Below, one piece after another: positions 49,407 through 60,473 of a stretch of DNA of 64,000 nucleotides. The notes under the pieces are model-generated. The model was not told where the DNA came from. It saw nothing but the letters and a program-made list of their open reading frames with translations, and searched no databases. Source of the stretch: Candidatus Dormiibacterota bacterium (GTDB lineage: Bacteria; Chloroflexota; Dormibacteria; Aeolococcales; Aeolococcaceae); assembly GCA_963718525.1 (NCBI GenBank), contig OY970355.1:704001-768000 (forward strand), given 5' to 3'. How positions within the stretch are numbered: position 1 is the stretch's first letter; every line of letters begins with the position of its first letter. A program made the translations under genes and the position numbers.

Positions 49407-52400
49407 GTGGATCGATCCGCCTCCAAACCCGTCCCAGACAACTCGCACAGCATCTCGATGGAGCCCCCGTCGGGACGCAGATCGGGTCGTAGAAACGGGA
49501 CCGCGCAGGCGCGCGTCAGCGCCAAGGTGGAGGTCGAGGGCGGCGGGATTCACGTCGAGCGGCGCTTCACCAAAGAGGGTGTGCATCCCTTCGACGAGGT
49601 GACCTGGGAACAGCGCACCGCGGCCATCGGCAACGAGAAGGGCGAGACCGTCTTCGAGCAGAAGGATTGCGAGATCCCGACGTTCTGGTCACAGATGGCC
49701 ACAAACGTGGTGGTCAGCAAGTACTTCCGCGGCAAGCTCGGAACGCCCGGTCGCGAGACCAGTGTCAAGCAGATGATCTCGCGCGTTGCCGAAGCCATCG
49801 GTAAGTTCGGCAGGGCAGGCGGGTATTTCGCCACCGAGACCGACGCCCAGGCATTCCAGGACGAGCTCACCCACCTGTTGCTCCACCAGAAGATGGCCTT
49901 CAACAGCCCGGTGTGGTTCAACCTCGGCGTCTCCACGAGCAAGCCGCAGATCAGTGCGTGTCAGCCGTATGACGCACGAGTCGCGACACCCAATGGCATG
50001 ATCCCCATCGGAGAGCTCGTCGATCGCGATGCCATCGGCGAGGAAGTCTTTGATCGGAATGGCGTGACGCGGATCGTAGCGACCAAGGCGAACGGCCGGA
50101 AGGAAGTCTTCAGGTTGACCATCGGATCGGGGGTCACGGTGGACGCAACCGCAGACCACGTCATCCTGGTTGCCGATGACCGAAAGGGGCTTCGGACATC
50201 TTGGAAGCGCGTCGGCGAGGTGAGGCCCGGGGATCGCCTGGTTCTCGATGCAAGTAGGACCGTGATGCGTCCCGCGGAAGTCTCCGTCATGGAGCTTGCT
50301 GGCCTTGGCGCGCCTCGTCCCTATGCAGGACGCGGTCGGCGGTTCCAGCAGCAGGGCGATGTCGAGAGCTGGATCGAGACAGCAGCCACTGAACCGCATC
50401 TGATTGCGGTTGCGGAAGCGTCCCTCGCCGGCTGGCTGCAGGGCGATGGTTACGTTGGGATCCCAGCTGGCTGCACATCACTCGTCATCGAACTGCAGCC
50501 TGCGGACGCAGAGGAATTGGCGGATGTCGAGAGGCTCCTCGATATCGTCTTTCCTGGCGTCCATCGTCATGTCACACGCTCCGACGCGGCTGGAGATCGG
50601 GGCTGCTACAGGGTGCGGCTGTCCGGCGAAGTCCTCGTTCCGTTTGTGAACAAGTGGGAATTGACCACCCGTGGCGCCGAGATGCACGTTCCCAGCTGCC
50701 TGTGGAGCTCATCGACGGATGAGATCGCCGGGTACGTGCGCAGTCTCTTCCAGGCAGATGGCTACGTGAGCATCCAGGCTAGAACAGCCGATCGCGCATG
50801 GCCGCGAGCCGCCGTCGGTCTTGGCACTGTTTCCTATCAGCTCGCGGCGGACGTCCAGCAGTTGCTGCTGACCCTCGGTGTCCAATCGACGGTCAGGACT
50901 GAGCCGGCGCACGGCGTCCGGCAAGCGTTCAACACAGTCACCATCGGCACACGCCCGGACCGGCTGCTCTTCGAAGAGCTCGTCGGCTTCCCCTGTGCTC
51001 GCAAGGCCTCCTTGCTGAAGGCGTCACTCGAGATCGGTGTCGATAACACCCCAAGGCATCAGATCCGATTCCCGCGCGTCGCCGCGATCGCGTCACGCGG
51101 CGTCATGGACGTCTACGACATCCAGACGGAAAGCGGCAACTACCTGAGCAATCACGTCGTCGTGCACAACTGCTTCATCAACAGCGTTGACGACACCATG
51201 GAGTCGATCCTCACGCTCGCCAAGACCGAGGGCATGCTCTTCAAGTACGGCAGCGGCACGGGGACCAACCTCTCCAGCATCCGTTCGTCGACCGAGTCGC
51301 TCGCCGGCGGCGGCACCGCCAGCGGGCCTGTGTCCTTCATGAAGGGCTTCGACGCCTTCGCCGGGGTCATCAAGAGCGGTGGCACGACGCGCCGCGCCGC
51401 CAAGATGGTGATCCTCAATGCCGACCATCCCGACATCGAGGAGTTCATCACCTGCAAGGTGAGCGAGGAGCGCAAGGCGTGGGCGCTCATCGAGGCCGGA
51501 TACGACAGCTCCTTCACCGGCGAGGCGTACGCGTCGGTCTTCTTCCAGAACAGCAACAACTCGGTCCGCGTGACCGACGAGTTCATGCGCGCGGTGCAGG
51601 ACGATCGCGACTGGCATCTCCACGCGGTCACCAACTCCAGCCGGATCCTCAAGACCGTGAAGGCCCGCGAGCTGATGCGGCTCATCGCCGAGTCGGCGTG
51701 GCAGTGCGGCGACCCCGGCATGCAGTACGACACCACCATCAACGACTGGCACACGTCCGCGGCAACGGGTCGCATCAACGCCAGCAATCCGTGCAGCGAG
51801 TTCATGTTCCTCGATGACACCAGCTGCAACCTAGCGTCGATCAATCTCACCCGGTTCCTCAACGACGACGGTTCGATCGACATCGAGGCCTACAAGCACG
51901 CGATCCACATCACGATCACCGCGCAGGAGATCCTGGTCAGCAACGCCTCGTATCCCACGGAGAAGATCGCCAGAAACAGCGAGGAGTTCCGTCCGCTCGG
52001 TCTCGGCTATGCCAATCTCGGCGCCCTGCTCATGGCGCGCGGCGTTCCGTACAACTCCCCGCAGGGTCGTGACCTGGCCGCGTGCCTCACCTCGATCCTC
52101 ACCGGCGAGGCGTACGCGCAATCGGCTCGCATCGCACGCGAGATCGGACCCTTCAGCGGCTACGCCGTCAACCGCCAGCCGATGCTGCGCGTGGTCGGCA
52201 AGCACCGTGAGGCCGCGTACAACATCCCGACCGACAACATCGAGCCCGACCTCGTCGGCGCGGCGCGCCATGCATGGGACGAGGCCCACGAGCTTGGCGC
52301 GCGTTACGGCTATCGCAACTCGCAGGCCACCGTGCTCGCACCCACCGGGACGATCAGCTTCATGCTCGACTGCGACACCACCGGCGTCGAGCCGGACATC

Positions 52401-53489
52401 GCGCTGGTCAAGTACAAGAAGCTCGTCGGCGGCGGCATGCTGAAGATGGTCAACGGCACCGTACCTGCCGCGCTTCGCAGGCTCGGCTATGGCGAGACCG
52501 CCATCGGTGACATCGTGGCGTTCATCGACGCCAACGACACCATCGAAGGAGCACCGACGCTTCGCGACGAGGATATCGCGGTCTTCGACTGCGCCTTCAC
52601 GCCGCAGAACGGCAAGCGCTCGATCACGTGGCAGGGCCACCTCCGCATGATGGCCGCGGTGCAGCCGTTCATCAGCGGCGCGATCTCCAAGACGGTGAAC
52701 ATGCCCAACGAGGCGACCGTCGAGGACATCGAACGTGCGTACACCGACGGCTGGAAGCTCGGCCTCAAGGCGGTCGCGATCTACCGCGATGGCAGCAAGC
52801 GCAGCCAACCGCTGGCAACCAGCATCGACAAGACCACGGGGCATCGCGTCCAGATCGTCGAGCGTCCGCTGCGCAAGCGACTGCCCGCCGAGCGCACCGC
52901 GATCACGCACAAGTTCGAGGTCGGCGGCCACGAGGGATACATCACCGTCGGCCTCTACGAGGACGGCACACCGGGAGAGATCTTCCTGCGCATGGCCAAG
53001 GAGGGTTCCACGGTCAGCGGACTGATGGACTCGTTTGCGACAGCGGTCTCGCTCGCGCTGCAGTACGGCGTTCCCCTGCCGGCGCTCGTCGACAAGTTCT
53101 CGCACACCCGCTTCGATCCGCAGGGATTCACGCGCAACCCGGAGATCCCCATCGCCAAGTCGGTGATGGACTACATCTTCCGGTGGCTCGCCTCCCGCTT
53201 CCTGCCCCAGGAGGAGCGCGATCGCCTCGGCATCATCCGCCGCGAACCCGACGGCAGCGTCACGGAACCCGTGTCAGCCGCCGAGGCCGCAATCGAGGCC
53301 ATGGCACCAGTGACGGTTGCTCCTGTCGCTGCAGCGCGCAAGCTCACCACCGCGATTCCCCTGACGAGCGCAGGCGCATTCATCAACCAGGAAGACGCAC
53401 CCACATGCAGCGACTGCGGCAGCCTCATGGTGCGCAACGGCGCCTGCTACAAGTGCCACAACTGCGGAGCGACGAGCGGCTGCAGCTGA
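49407..53489 (+). CDS. nrdJ: Class II (B12-dependent) ribonucleotide reductase with intein, TSCPD domain and C-terminal Zn ribbon
   Basis: FNSPVWFN, SA|CFI, GGTTRRAAKM, SNPCSE, SCNLAS, APTGT and C..C...C..CG..SGCS motifs. Confidence 0.97.
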   Translation: MDRSASKPVPDNSHSISMEPPSGRRSGRRNGTAQARVSAKVEVEGGGIHVERRFTKEGVHPFDEVTWEQRTAAIGNEKGETVFEQKDCEIPTFWSQMATNVVVSKYFRGKLGTPGRETSVKQMISRVAEAIGKFGRAGGYFATETDAQAFQDELTHLLLHQKMAFNSPVWFNLGVSTSKPQISACQPYDARVATPNGMIPIGELVDRDAIGEEVFDRNGVTRIVATKANGRKEVFRLTIGSGVTVDATADHVILVADDRKGLRTSWKRVGEVRPGDRLVLDASRTVMRPAEVSVMELAGLGAPRPYAGRGRRFQQQGDVESWIETAATEPHLIAVAEASLAGWLQGDGYVGIPAGCTSLVIELQPADAEELADVERLLDIVFPGVHRHVTRSDAAGDRGCYRVRLSGEVLVPFVNKWELTTRGAEMHVPSCLWSSSTDEIAGYVRSLFQADGYVSIQARTADRAWPRAAVGLGTVSYQLAADVQQLLLTLGVQSTVRTEPAHGVRQAFNTVTIGTRPDRLLFEELVGFPCARKASLLKASLEIGVDNTPRHQIRFPRVAAIASRGVMDVYDIQTESGNYLSNHVVVHNCFINSVDDTMESILTLAKTEGMLFKYGSGTGTNLSSIRSSTESLAGGGTASGPVSFMKGFDAFAGVIKSGGTTRRAAKMVILNADHPDIEEFITCKVSEERKAWALIEAGYDSSFTGEAYASVFFQNSNNSVRVTDEFMRAVQDDRDWHLHAVTNSSRILKTVKARELMRLIAESAWQCGDPGMQYDTTINDWHTSAATGRINASNPCSEFMFLDDTSCNLASINLTRFLNDDGSIDIEAYKHAIHITITAQEILVSNASYPTEKIARNSEEFRPLGLGYANLGALLMARGVPYNSPQGRDLAACLTSILTGEAYAQSARIAREIGPFSGYAVNRQPMLRVVGKHREAAYNIPTDNIEPDLVGAARHAWDEAHELGARYGYRNSQATVLAPTGTISFMLDCDTTGVEPDIALVKYKKLVGGGMLKMVNGTVPAALRRLGYGETAIGDIVAFIDANDTIEGAPTLRDEDIAVFDCAFTPQNGKRSITWQGHLRMMAAVQPFISGAISKTVNMPNEATVEDIERAYTDGWKLGLKAVAIYRDGSKRSQPLATSIDKTTGHRVQIVERPLRKRLPAERTAITHKFEVGGHEGYITVGLYEDGTPGEIFLRMAKEGSTVSGLMDSFATAVSLALQYGVPLPALVDKFSHTRFDPQGFTRNPEIPIAKSVMDYIFRWLASRFLPQEERDRLGIIRREPDGSVTEPVSAAEAAIEAMAPVTVAPVAAARKLTTAIPLTSAGAFINQEDAPTCSDCGSLMVRNGACYKCHNCGATSGCS
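49959..51170 (+). mobile_element. 404-aa intein with LAGLIDADG homing endonuclease
   Basis: Starts CQPYD, block B ATADH, LAGWLQGDG and SLFQADG motifs, ends VYDIQT...VVHN|C. Confidence 0.95.
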
Positions 53490-53517
53490 TTCCATAGCAC
53501 CTCCTCCCCTCTCGCCC

Positions 53518-53548
53518 GGGGCCGCCTCCGATCGCTGGAGGCGGCCCC
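53518..53548 (+). terminator. nrdJ terminator hairpin
   Basis: GGGGCCGCCTCC / GGAGGCGGCCCC 12-bp stem. Confidence 0.75.
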
Positions 53549-53635
53549 TCTTAGAGCACTCGACGGTCCTGAGAATGGTTCGTTACCTACGCGCGACCAC
53601 GGACTCCGGTACCGTCTGGCAACACTTTCCCCGCG

Positions 53636-55165
53636 ATGTTTGCATTGGACAATACGAAGACACATGCGCACCTGATGGGGGCATCGGGGCTCCGAGATGG
53701 ATCGGCACCACAGCCGAATATCAGGCTCGGTCGACTTTTCAATCTCGCGCAGGACATGCTGTGCGTCGCCAGCTTCGACGGCTACCTGATAGAGGTCAAT
53801 CCAGCCTGGCAACGTATCCTGGGTTGGACGGCCACCGAGTTGACAAGCAGGCCATACGCCGACCTTGTGCACCCCGCAGATCGTGAAACGACTTTGTCCG
53901 CGCCCGATGTGCTGATGGATGGACAGCATGTGGTTCATTACGAGAACCGCTACCGAACCCGCGAGGGCTCATTTCGCTGGCTGTCGTGGATGGCGACACC
54001 AAGCGTCGAGGATGGCGTGATCTACGCGGCCGCACATGACATCACTCAAGCGAAGCTCGAGAGTCAGATTGAAGCGGCCAAGACCGCGGTGACCCGAATC
54101 GCCGGCGAGTTCGCAGATTGGGATGAGGCGGCGTGGCAAATCCTCAAGGCGGTCTGCACTTGCCTTCTTTGGGACGTGGGCGCGTTGTGGCTCGTTGACC
54201 CCGGACAGCAGCAGCTGGTGTGCAAGCACGCGTACTTCGCCACGGACGACCTTCGGGAGTTGCTCGGCTCGGAACTTCGACACGATCGTCGGCGGATTGG
54301 GGAATCGCTCGTTGGGCTTGCATGGGAGCGTGACGAACCCCTGCTGAGCGAGGACGTGCTCAGCGACACGCGCTTCGCGGCGCCAGCGCCTGCCGCGCGA
54401 GCTGATCTCGGCGGCGGATTCGCTTTCCCCTTACGCCACGGCGGAGATGTCGTAGGCGTGATGGGCTTCGGCAGTCGTGACGTCGCACACGTGGACGTCG
54501 ATTTGCGTACGAAATCAAGGCAGCTGGCCGCGCAGATTGAAGGCGTGCTGGGCAAACTTGCAACGCAGCGTGACACCTATCACATGGCGTTTCACGATGC
54601 GCTCACGGGTCTCCCAAATGTGGCGCTCTTCCGCGAGCGAGCGAATCAAGCACTGTTGATGAGTCGGCGGCTCAAGATGCCGGTCGGCATCGGAATCGCG
54701 GACATCGACCATTTCAAGGACATCAACGACACGCTCGGGCACGCGGCCGGTGACGGTGTGCTCCGTCATATCGGGGTTCGATTGAAGGATTCATTGCGAG
54801 GATCCGATACCGTTGCACGCCTCGGGGGCGACGAGTTTGCGATCCTCTTTCCAGCAACTTCCATAGAGGGTATCGAGCGCGCAATGCGTAAGCTGCGCGC
54901 CAGCCTTTCGCACGGACTGAAGCTGGATGGCTGCGAACCGATCCACGTGAGCGTGGGCTATGCCATCGCCAGGAGTGGTGAGACGTCACTCGACGACCTG
55001 CTCAAGATTGCCGACGCGAACATGTACCGATGGAAACGATGCCGACGGCACGAGAGCGAAGAGCACCGCGTCAGCGCTGGTCATGCGGCTGGTGTCGCTC
55101 GCGGCGGCAGAGACCTGCGGGGCCTTTCGCGTCGCCCTGCCGGTCACTCTCGCTCAACTCGCTGA
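53636..55165 (+). CDS. PAS-GAF diguanylate cyclase
   Basis: PAS VNPAW...VHPAD, GAF, HDALTGLPN, DIDHFK.INDT.GH and RLGGDEF; start uncertain. Confidence 0.92.
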   Translation: MFALDNTKTHAHLMGASGLRDGSAPQPNIRLGRLFNLAQDMLCVASFDGYLIEVNPAWQRILGWTATELTSRPYADLVHPADRETTLSAPDVLMDGQHVVHYENRYRTREGSFRWLSWMATPSVEDGVIYAAAHDITQAKLESQIEAAKTAVTRIAGEFADWDEAAWQILKAVCTCLLWDVGALWLVDPGQQQLVCKHAYFATDDLRELLGSELRHDRRRIGESLVGLAWERDEPLLSEDVLSDTRFAAPAPAARADLGGGFAFPLRHGGDVVGVMGFGSRDVAHVDVDLRTKSRQLAAQIEGVLGKLATQRDTYHMAFHDALTGLPNVALFRERANQALLMSRRLKMPVGIGIADIDHFKDINDTLGHAAGDGVLRHIGVRLKDSLRGSDTVARLGGDEFAILFPATSIEGIERAMRKLRASLSHGLKLDGCEPIHVSVGYAIARSGETSLDDLLKIADANMYRWKRCRRHESEEHRVSAGHAAGVARGGRDLRGLSRRPAGHSRSTR

Positions 55166-55298
55166 ACTTCGGCCGGCACGATCCTCGGACTCGGACGCGC
55201 TCAGTTCCTCCCGGGGTGGGGGCCGGGGGCGGCTCACCCGCATGGGTGCATGGCGCTATCATCAAAGCTGATAGTTGGACGCGCACAGGAGGCTTATC

Positions 55299-55778
55299 AT
55301 GGGTGGAGCAGCAGAGGACCGCGAGAAGGCAGCGAGACTTCCGAAGGGCGATGTCATCGGCATCTTGTACGAGCAGCACGCGCAGGTTCTCGATCTGTTC
55401 GAACGCGTCGAAAATTCGAGCGCTGAAGCACGACAGGAAGCCTTCGACGAACTCATCGCTCTCCTCGTTGCCCATGAAACGGCGGAGCAGGAGGTGCTTC
55501 GGCCGGTGACTCGAGAGACTGCGGGGGATGACGTCGTTCAGGCACGACTTCAGGAAGAGAAGAAGGCGAATCAGGCGATCGCCGAGCTCAAAAAGTTGGA
55601 CGTCTCCAGTTCGGAGTTCGATCGGATGTTCGCGGACTTCAAACAAGCCGTGGTCGATCATGCCGAGCACGAAGAGACGGACGAGTTCCCCACCGTGCTT
55701 GAAGAGCGTGACGAAGACGAGCGACGGGTCATGGGAGAGCGGTTGTCCAGGGCGGAGGCCACTGCATCCACTCGTTAA
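55299..55778 (+). CDS. Hemerythrin/HHE domain protein
   Basis: EQH, HETAEQE and HAEHEE motifs; AGGAGG RBS. Confidence 0.85.
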   Translation: MGGAAEDREKAARLPKGDVIGILYEQHAQVLDLFERVENSSAEARQEAFDELIALLVAHETAEQEVLRPVTRETAGDDVVQARLQEEKKANQAIAELKKLDVSSSEFDRMFADFKQAVVDHAEHEETDEFPTVLEERDEDERRVMGERLSRAEATASTR

Positions 55779-56101
55779 GGTTGTATGTAGGCTGCAAACC
55801 AGAGTGCGGAGATCGGCGGAGCTATAGCAGCCGATGCAACGGCGCCAGGTCCTGATCGTGGCGCGGCCCGTGCCATCCCGCTCCACCAAACGCATATGGC
55901 GCTACCGAGCTGATCGTGGGGTTGCGTGTGGATGCGTCGAGGCAGGCCGGCGACCGCGCGATACTCCTTGGTGGCGAGGACTCGTCCACTGATCGGGTTG
56001 ACGCTGATCGTCGCGCTGACTGACCGGTGGTGAAGAAGTATCTGCGGTAGGCTGAGGGGGGCCTTAGGCTTTCCGAAGGCCCTCCCGAGCGTCGGGGGAG
56101 T

Positions 56102-58969
56102 TGCGCCACCACGGGATCCACCACAACGCTAACGAATCTGGATAAGAGTTTCGATCGCCGTTTCGAGGCGTGCGTCGCAGATTGGGACGGGACGCTGGTT
56201 CCAAATCGGCATGCCGACGCCGGACGTGTACGTCAGGTCATCGAGGCGCTGTGTGCTCATGGATTCGATGTCGCAATCATCACCGGCACGCATGTGGAGA
56301 ACGTTGACGGGCAGCTGCAAGCCCGTCCGTCAGGACCCGGGCGTCTGCTCCTGTGTGTCAACCGTGGATCCGAGGTGTTCGAGTGCCGTCATGACGGCCC
56401 GGAGCTCGTCACGCGACGCGTCGCAACACCGGAGGAGGATGCCCAGCTGGACCGTGCAACAGCGCTCACGGTCGATCGGCTGAGAGCGCGTGGGCTGGAG
56501 ACAACCATCGTTGCGCAGCGCCTCAACCGCCGCAAGATCGACATCATCCCCCTCGCAGCGTGGGCTGATCCGCCGAAGGCGAGGATCGTCGACCTGCTCA
56601 ACGCCACCGAGGCCCGTCTGCGTGCGGCGGGAATCGCCTCCGTCGCGGAGGTCGTAGCCATTGCGCAGGAAGCGTCAACTGATGCCGGCCTTGCCGATGC
56701 GCGAATCACCAGTGATGCGAAGTACGTGGAGATCGGCCTCACCGACAAGGCCGACGCCGCTCGTTGGGCGTTCGCCGACCTGTGGGCTCATGGCATCGCG
56801 CCGAGTGACGTTATCGTCGTCGGAGACGAATTCGGTTTGCTGGGTGGCGTGCCAGGCAGCGATTCGCTGATGCTCGTTCCAGAGTCCCAAGGCTGCCTGG
56901 CGGTCACCGTCGGCGCCGAGCCCTTTGGACCGCCGCCGGGCGTGCTTCCACTACCTGGTGGCCCGGACAAGCTTCTTGAGGTGCTGGCTGACCAGCTCGG
57001 GCGCCGCCAACGCGGACAACCGCCAGACCCGACACCTGAGAGCTCGTGGCGGGTCGCCATTGAGGGCCTCGACGAGGGACACGAGCCGGCACGCTCGACC
57101 ATGCTGACGTTGGCGGACGGCCGTATCGGAACCACTTCCCAGCCGCTGGGAAGCACCCGCGTGACCGGCGAAACGCGGATGGCCGGGTTCTACGAAGGTG
57201 AAGGACCCGAGGAGCACCTCTGCACCGCTCCTTCATGGAACCAGCTCGGTATCCCTCTCGACGGGAGTGGGCGACTCGCTCGAGTTCTTGACCTCCATAC
57301 CGGCGTTCTCGTCCAACACTTGGAGCACGACGGCTCGTCGTTGTCGGTCGTGGAGTTCAGCTCGCTGGCGGAGCCCGGCACCGCAGTGGGGTGGGCGGCT
57401 GGGAGTCACTCGCTTCTCGACTCGATCAATACAAAGGCGACCGAAGCCGAGATCCTCGCGGCACGAGACGGCGTCCTGGCCCTGCACATCGGTGACGAAC
57501 GGCGCGACGGCGATCCCGCTGTCCTGGAGCGCATCGCGGTATATGCCCGCGGGGATATAGGCATCGCGCGTGAGCGCGCACGTGAAGCGAGGGCTGTTGG
57601 AGTCAGCACGCTACATCGTCGCCACCGAGAGTCGTGGGCGCGACGGTGGAATGACGCGCATATCGACATACGTGGCGACGACGAGTTGCTCCGCAATATC
57701 CGCTTCTCGTTGTTCCAGCTCATGGGGGCTGTCGGCACCGAGGGGGAAGCGGCACTCGGGGCGCGAGGTCTGAGCGGCGATGGGTATCACGGACATGTCT
57801 TCTGGGATTCCGATGTCTTCGTTCTTCCCTTTCTTGCAGCCACATGTGCGCCTGCGGCGAGAGCGATGCTCGAATATCGAATTCGCCGGACCGGTGCTGC
57901 GATGGAGCAGGCGCGCGAGCTCGGACTTCAGGGAGCGAAGTTTCCCTGGGAATCAGCCAGTTCCGGATACGAGATCACCCCCGACACGGTGATGGGTCCG
58001 CGCGGCGAAATCGTGCGCGTCCGCAACGGGGAGATGGAGAATCACATCGTGGCCGATGTCGCGTGGGCAGCCTGCCGGTACGATGACTGGGCGGGGAACG
58101 ACGCGTTCCGCCGCGGCCCCTTGTTGCATCTTCTGGTGGCGACCGCACGCTATTGGGCGTCCCGAATCGAGTGCGATGCCGACGGGTCGGCGCACATTCG
58201 CCATGTCATCGGACCCGACGAATATCATGACGACGTTGACGACAACGCCTTCACCAATGTGATGGCGCGATGGAATCTGCGTGCAGCAGCAACGCGAGCG
58301 GGCGGCGATTGCGATGAGCGTGAGGTTCGGCAATGGCAGGTCCTCGCGGAAGCGATCGAGGATGGCCTCGACCCTGAGAGTCGTATCTACGAGCAGTTCT
58401 CAGGGTTCTCATCGCTTGCTCCATTTCCTCTTCGCGAAACGTATGGACCGGCACCATTCGCAGCGGACGCGGTCATCGGTTTCGATCGCATTCAGAGACT
58501 GCAGGTTCTCAAGCAAGCCGATGCGCTCATGCTCCACCTGCTCATCCCCGCCGAGGTCGCGGAGGACTCGCTGCGCCCGAATCTCGATCGGTACCTTCCG
58601 ATGACGGCTCATGGGAGCTCGCTCTCACCGGCTGTCCACGCCGCATTGCTCGCCCGTGTTGCGCGTTACCCTGAGGCACTTGAGCTGCTGCGTCTCGCGG
58701 CAGGCATCGACGTTGGGGATACGTCGGGGCCAAACGCGGGACTGCACGTCGCGACCATGGGAGGGGTCTGGCTGGCTTTGGTGGAGGGGTTTGCCGGCGT
58801 CCAGGCGGACGGCGATGGTCTCTCCGTTCGGCCGCGGCTTCCCGACGCCTGGGAGACGCTGACGGTACATCTCGTATATCGTGGAACGCGCGTTCAGCTT
58901 CGAATCAAAGGCGACGAAGTGAAGGTGGAGACGGGCGGGCCGCTGCGCGTGGCGGTCTTGAGGGACTAG
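56102..58969 (+). CDS. HAD-IIB-like phosphatase domain fused to glycoside hydrolase family 65; start unresolved
   Basis: In-frame ADWDGTL, ITG, TDK and VGDE HAD motifs; GH65 Y.GHVFWD, GPDEYH, KQAD and HGSSLS. Confidence 0.85.
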   Translation, partial: CATTGSTTTLTNLDKSFDRRFEACVADWDGTLVPNRHADAGRVRQVIEALCAHGFDVAIITGTHVENVDGQLQARPSGPGRLLLCVNRGSEVFECRHDGPELVTRRVATPEEDAQLDRATALTVDRLRARGLETTIVAQRLNRRKIDIIPLAAWADPPKARIVDLLNATEARLRAAGIASVAEVVAIAQEASTDAGLADARITSDAKYVEIGLTDKADAARWAFADLWAHGIAPSDVIVVGDEFGLLGGVPGSDSLMLVPESQGCLAVTVGAEPFGPPPGVLPLPGGPDKLLEVLADQLGRRQRGQPPDPTPESSWRVAIEGLDEGHEPARSTMLTLADGRIGTTSQPLGSTRVTGETRMAGFYEGEGPEEHLCTAPSWNQLGIPLDGSGRLARVLDLHTGVLVQHLEHDGSSLSVVEFSSLAEPGTAVGWAAGSHSLLDSINTKATEAEILAARDGVLALHIGDERRDGDPAVLERIAVYARGDIGIARERAREARAVGVSTLHRRHRESWARRWNDAHIDIRGDDELLRNIRFSLFQLMGAVGTEGEAALGARGLSGDGYHGHVFWDSDVFVLPFLAATCAPAARAMLEYRIRRTGAAMEQARELGLQGAKFPWESASSGYEITPDTVMGPRGEIVRVRNGEMENHIVADVAWAACRYDDWAGNDAFRRGPLLHLLVATARYWASRIECDADGSAHIRHVIGPDEYHDDVDDNAFTNVMARWNLRAAATRAGGDCDEREVRQWQVLAEAIEDGLDPESRIYEQFSGFSSLAPFPLRETYGPAPFAADAVIGFDRIQRLQVLKQADALMLHLLIPAEVAEDSLRPNLDRYLPMTAHGSSLSPAVHAALLARVARYPEALELLRLAAGIDVGDTSGPNAGLHVATMGGVWLALVEGFAGVQADGDGLSVRPRLPDAWETLTVHLVYRGTRVQLRIKGDEVKVETGGPLRVAVLRD

Positions 58970-59013
58970 CGGGAAAGGTCGATGTCTTCGTACGGCGGGA
59001 GCGGCGGGAGTCG

Positions 59014-60110
59014 ATGACACAACGCCATGTCGTGATCGTGGCGCCACCGTGGTATCCGATTCCCCCGAATGGCTATGGCGGGATCGAACTGGTCGTCGGG
59101 TTGCTGGGCGACGCCTTGCGCCAGCAGGGGGATCGGGTCACGCTCCTTGCCGCCGAGGGTTCAGAGCCCGGCGCGATTGTGCTGGCGCCCCGTTCGTGGC
59201 AGGCGGACCTCGGTGGACCGGACGAGCGGCTCCGCGAGTTGACCTATGCGTCGCGGGTGGCCACGACGCTGACCCAGCTCGAACGCATTGACGTGATTCA
59301 CGACCACTGCGGCTTCGCGACACTTGTGGCGGCATGTGCCGCGAATGTCGCTCCCGTCGTCCACACCGTGCATGGGGATATCCCCGAGGCGTATGCAACC
59401 TCTACTCCTCGGCCGTCGATCACGCGGGCTTTGTGGCGATCAGCGCGGCGCAGCGCCGAACCCTGCCGGATTTCCGGTGGATTGGCACCGTTCACAACGC
59501 CGTCGATGTCGACAACCTGCTGGTGACGCCGACGCAAAAGGTTCCATTCCTGCTGTGTCTCGCGCGCATATGTCCGGACAAAGGCCAGCACGTCGCCATC
59601 GAGGTGGCGCGGCGCACTGGGGTGCGCCTCGTGCTGGCCGGCAAGGTCGAATCCACACCGCGGGCGACCGACTACTTCAGGCGCCAGATCGAACCGTTCA
59701 TCGATGGCATACGGGTCCTCCATTTCGACAATGTCGTCGGCGACGAGAAGGCGCTCCTCCTAGCGCGAGCATATGCGCTCCTCGCGCCGCTGCAGTGGGA
59801 TGAGCCTTTCGGACTCGCACTGGTCGAGGCGATGGCGAGTGGTACGCCGGTCATCGCCATCAGCCGTGGTGCGGCACCGGAACTGGTGACGGATGGGACG
59901 ACCGGCTTCCTCGTCAACGATGTCGAGGAGATGGTGCAAGCGGTCTCCCGGGTTGCCGACCTGCGGCCCTCCGACTGTGCCGCGGCAACGCGCGCCCGCT
60001 TCAGCCCATCAACGATGGCGTCGTCCTATCGACGCATCTACGACAAAGTCGCGTGGGAACCGGAAGCGCCCCGGGAGCCAGCGGGGGTCTTGGAGAACTC
60101 GGCCGCATAG
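59014..60110 (+). CDS. GT4 glycosyltransferase with 1-nt frameshift at ~59400
   Basis: PP.GYGGIE in the first frame; DKG and EPFGLALVEAMASGTPV in the second frame. Confidence 0.85.
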
Positions 60111-60183
60111 GCTTGCATGCCAGGCTCACGCCCGGGCTGGCGGCCAAATTCGCCTTGAGGCGGGTTGAGCGCCATGCCGCGGG

Positions 60184-60340
60184 GTGGTTCGATGCTGCCG
60201 CGCCGGCTATACGCACCTTCCAGTCGACATCCGCCAGACGGACGACGCCTTCCTCGTTGAGGCGTCGGTTCCAGGACTGGGTCCGGACGACGTCCAGGTC
60301 ACGGTCGACGGCGGCGTACTCACCATCGCGGGGACAGCGA
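60184..60340 (+). pseudogene. Hsp20/alpha-crystallin fragment
   Basis: LPVDIRQTDDAFLVEASVPGL..DDVQVTVDGGVLTI.G; C-terminal half absent. Confidence 0.7.
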
Positions 60341-60473
60341 ATTGTGGAGCACGAGTTCGGGCTAACCGACCCGGTGCTCGCGTCGCCATAGGACATGCTG
60401 GCGACCGCGTGTGACAGCAATCATCTCCATCGCGGTCGCCAGCCTCGACCAGGCCTGCCTGGTCGCGCGATCT

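Noticed and set aside
37904-53105. Long antisense ORFs (e.g. 37904-39097, 44147-45763, 48286-49386, 51831-53105)
   Set aside because: Shadow frames of high-GC genes with no motifs
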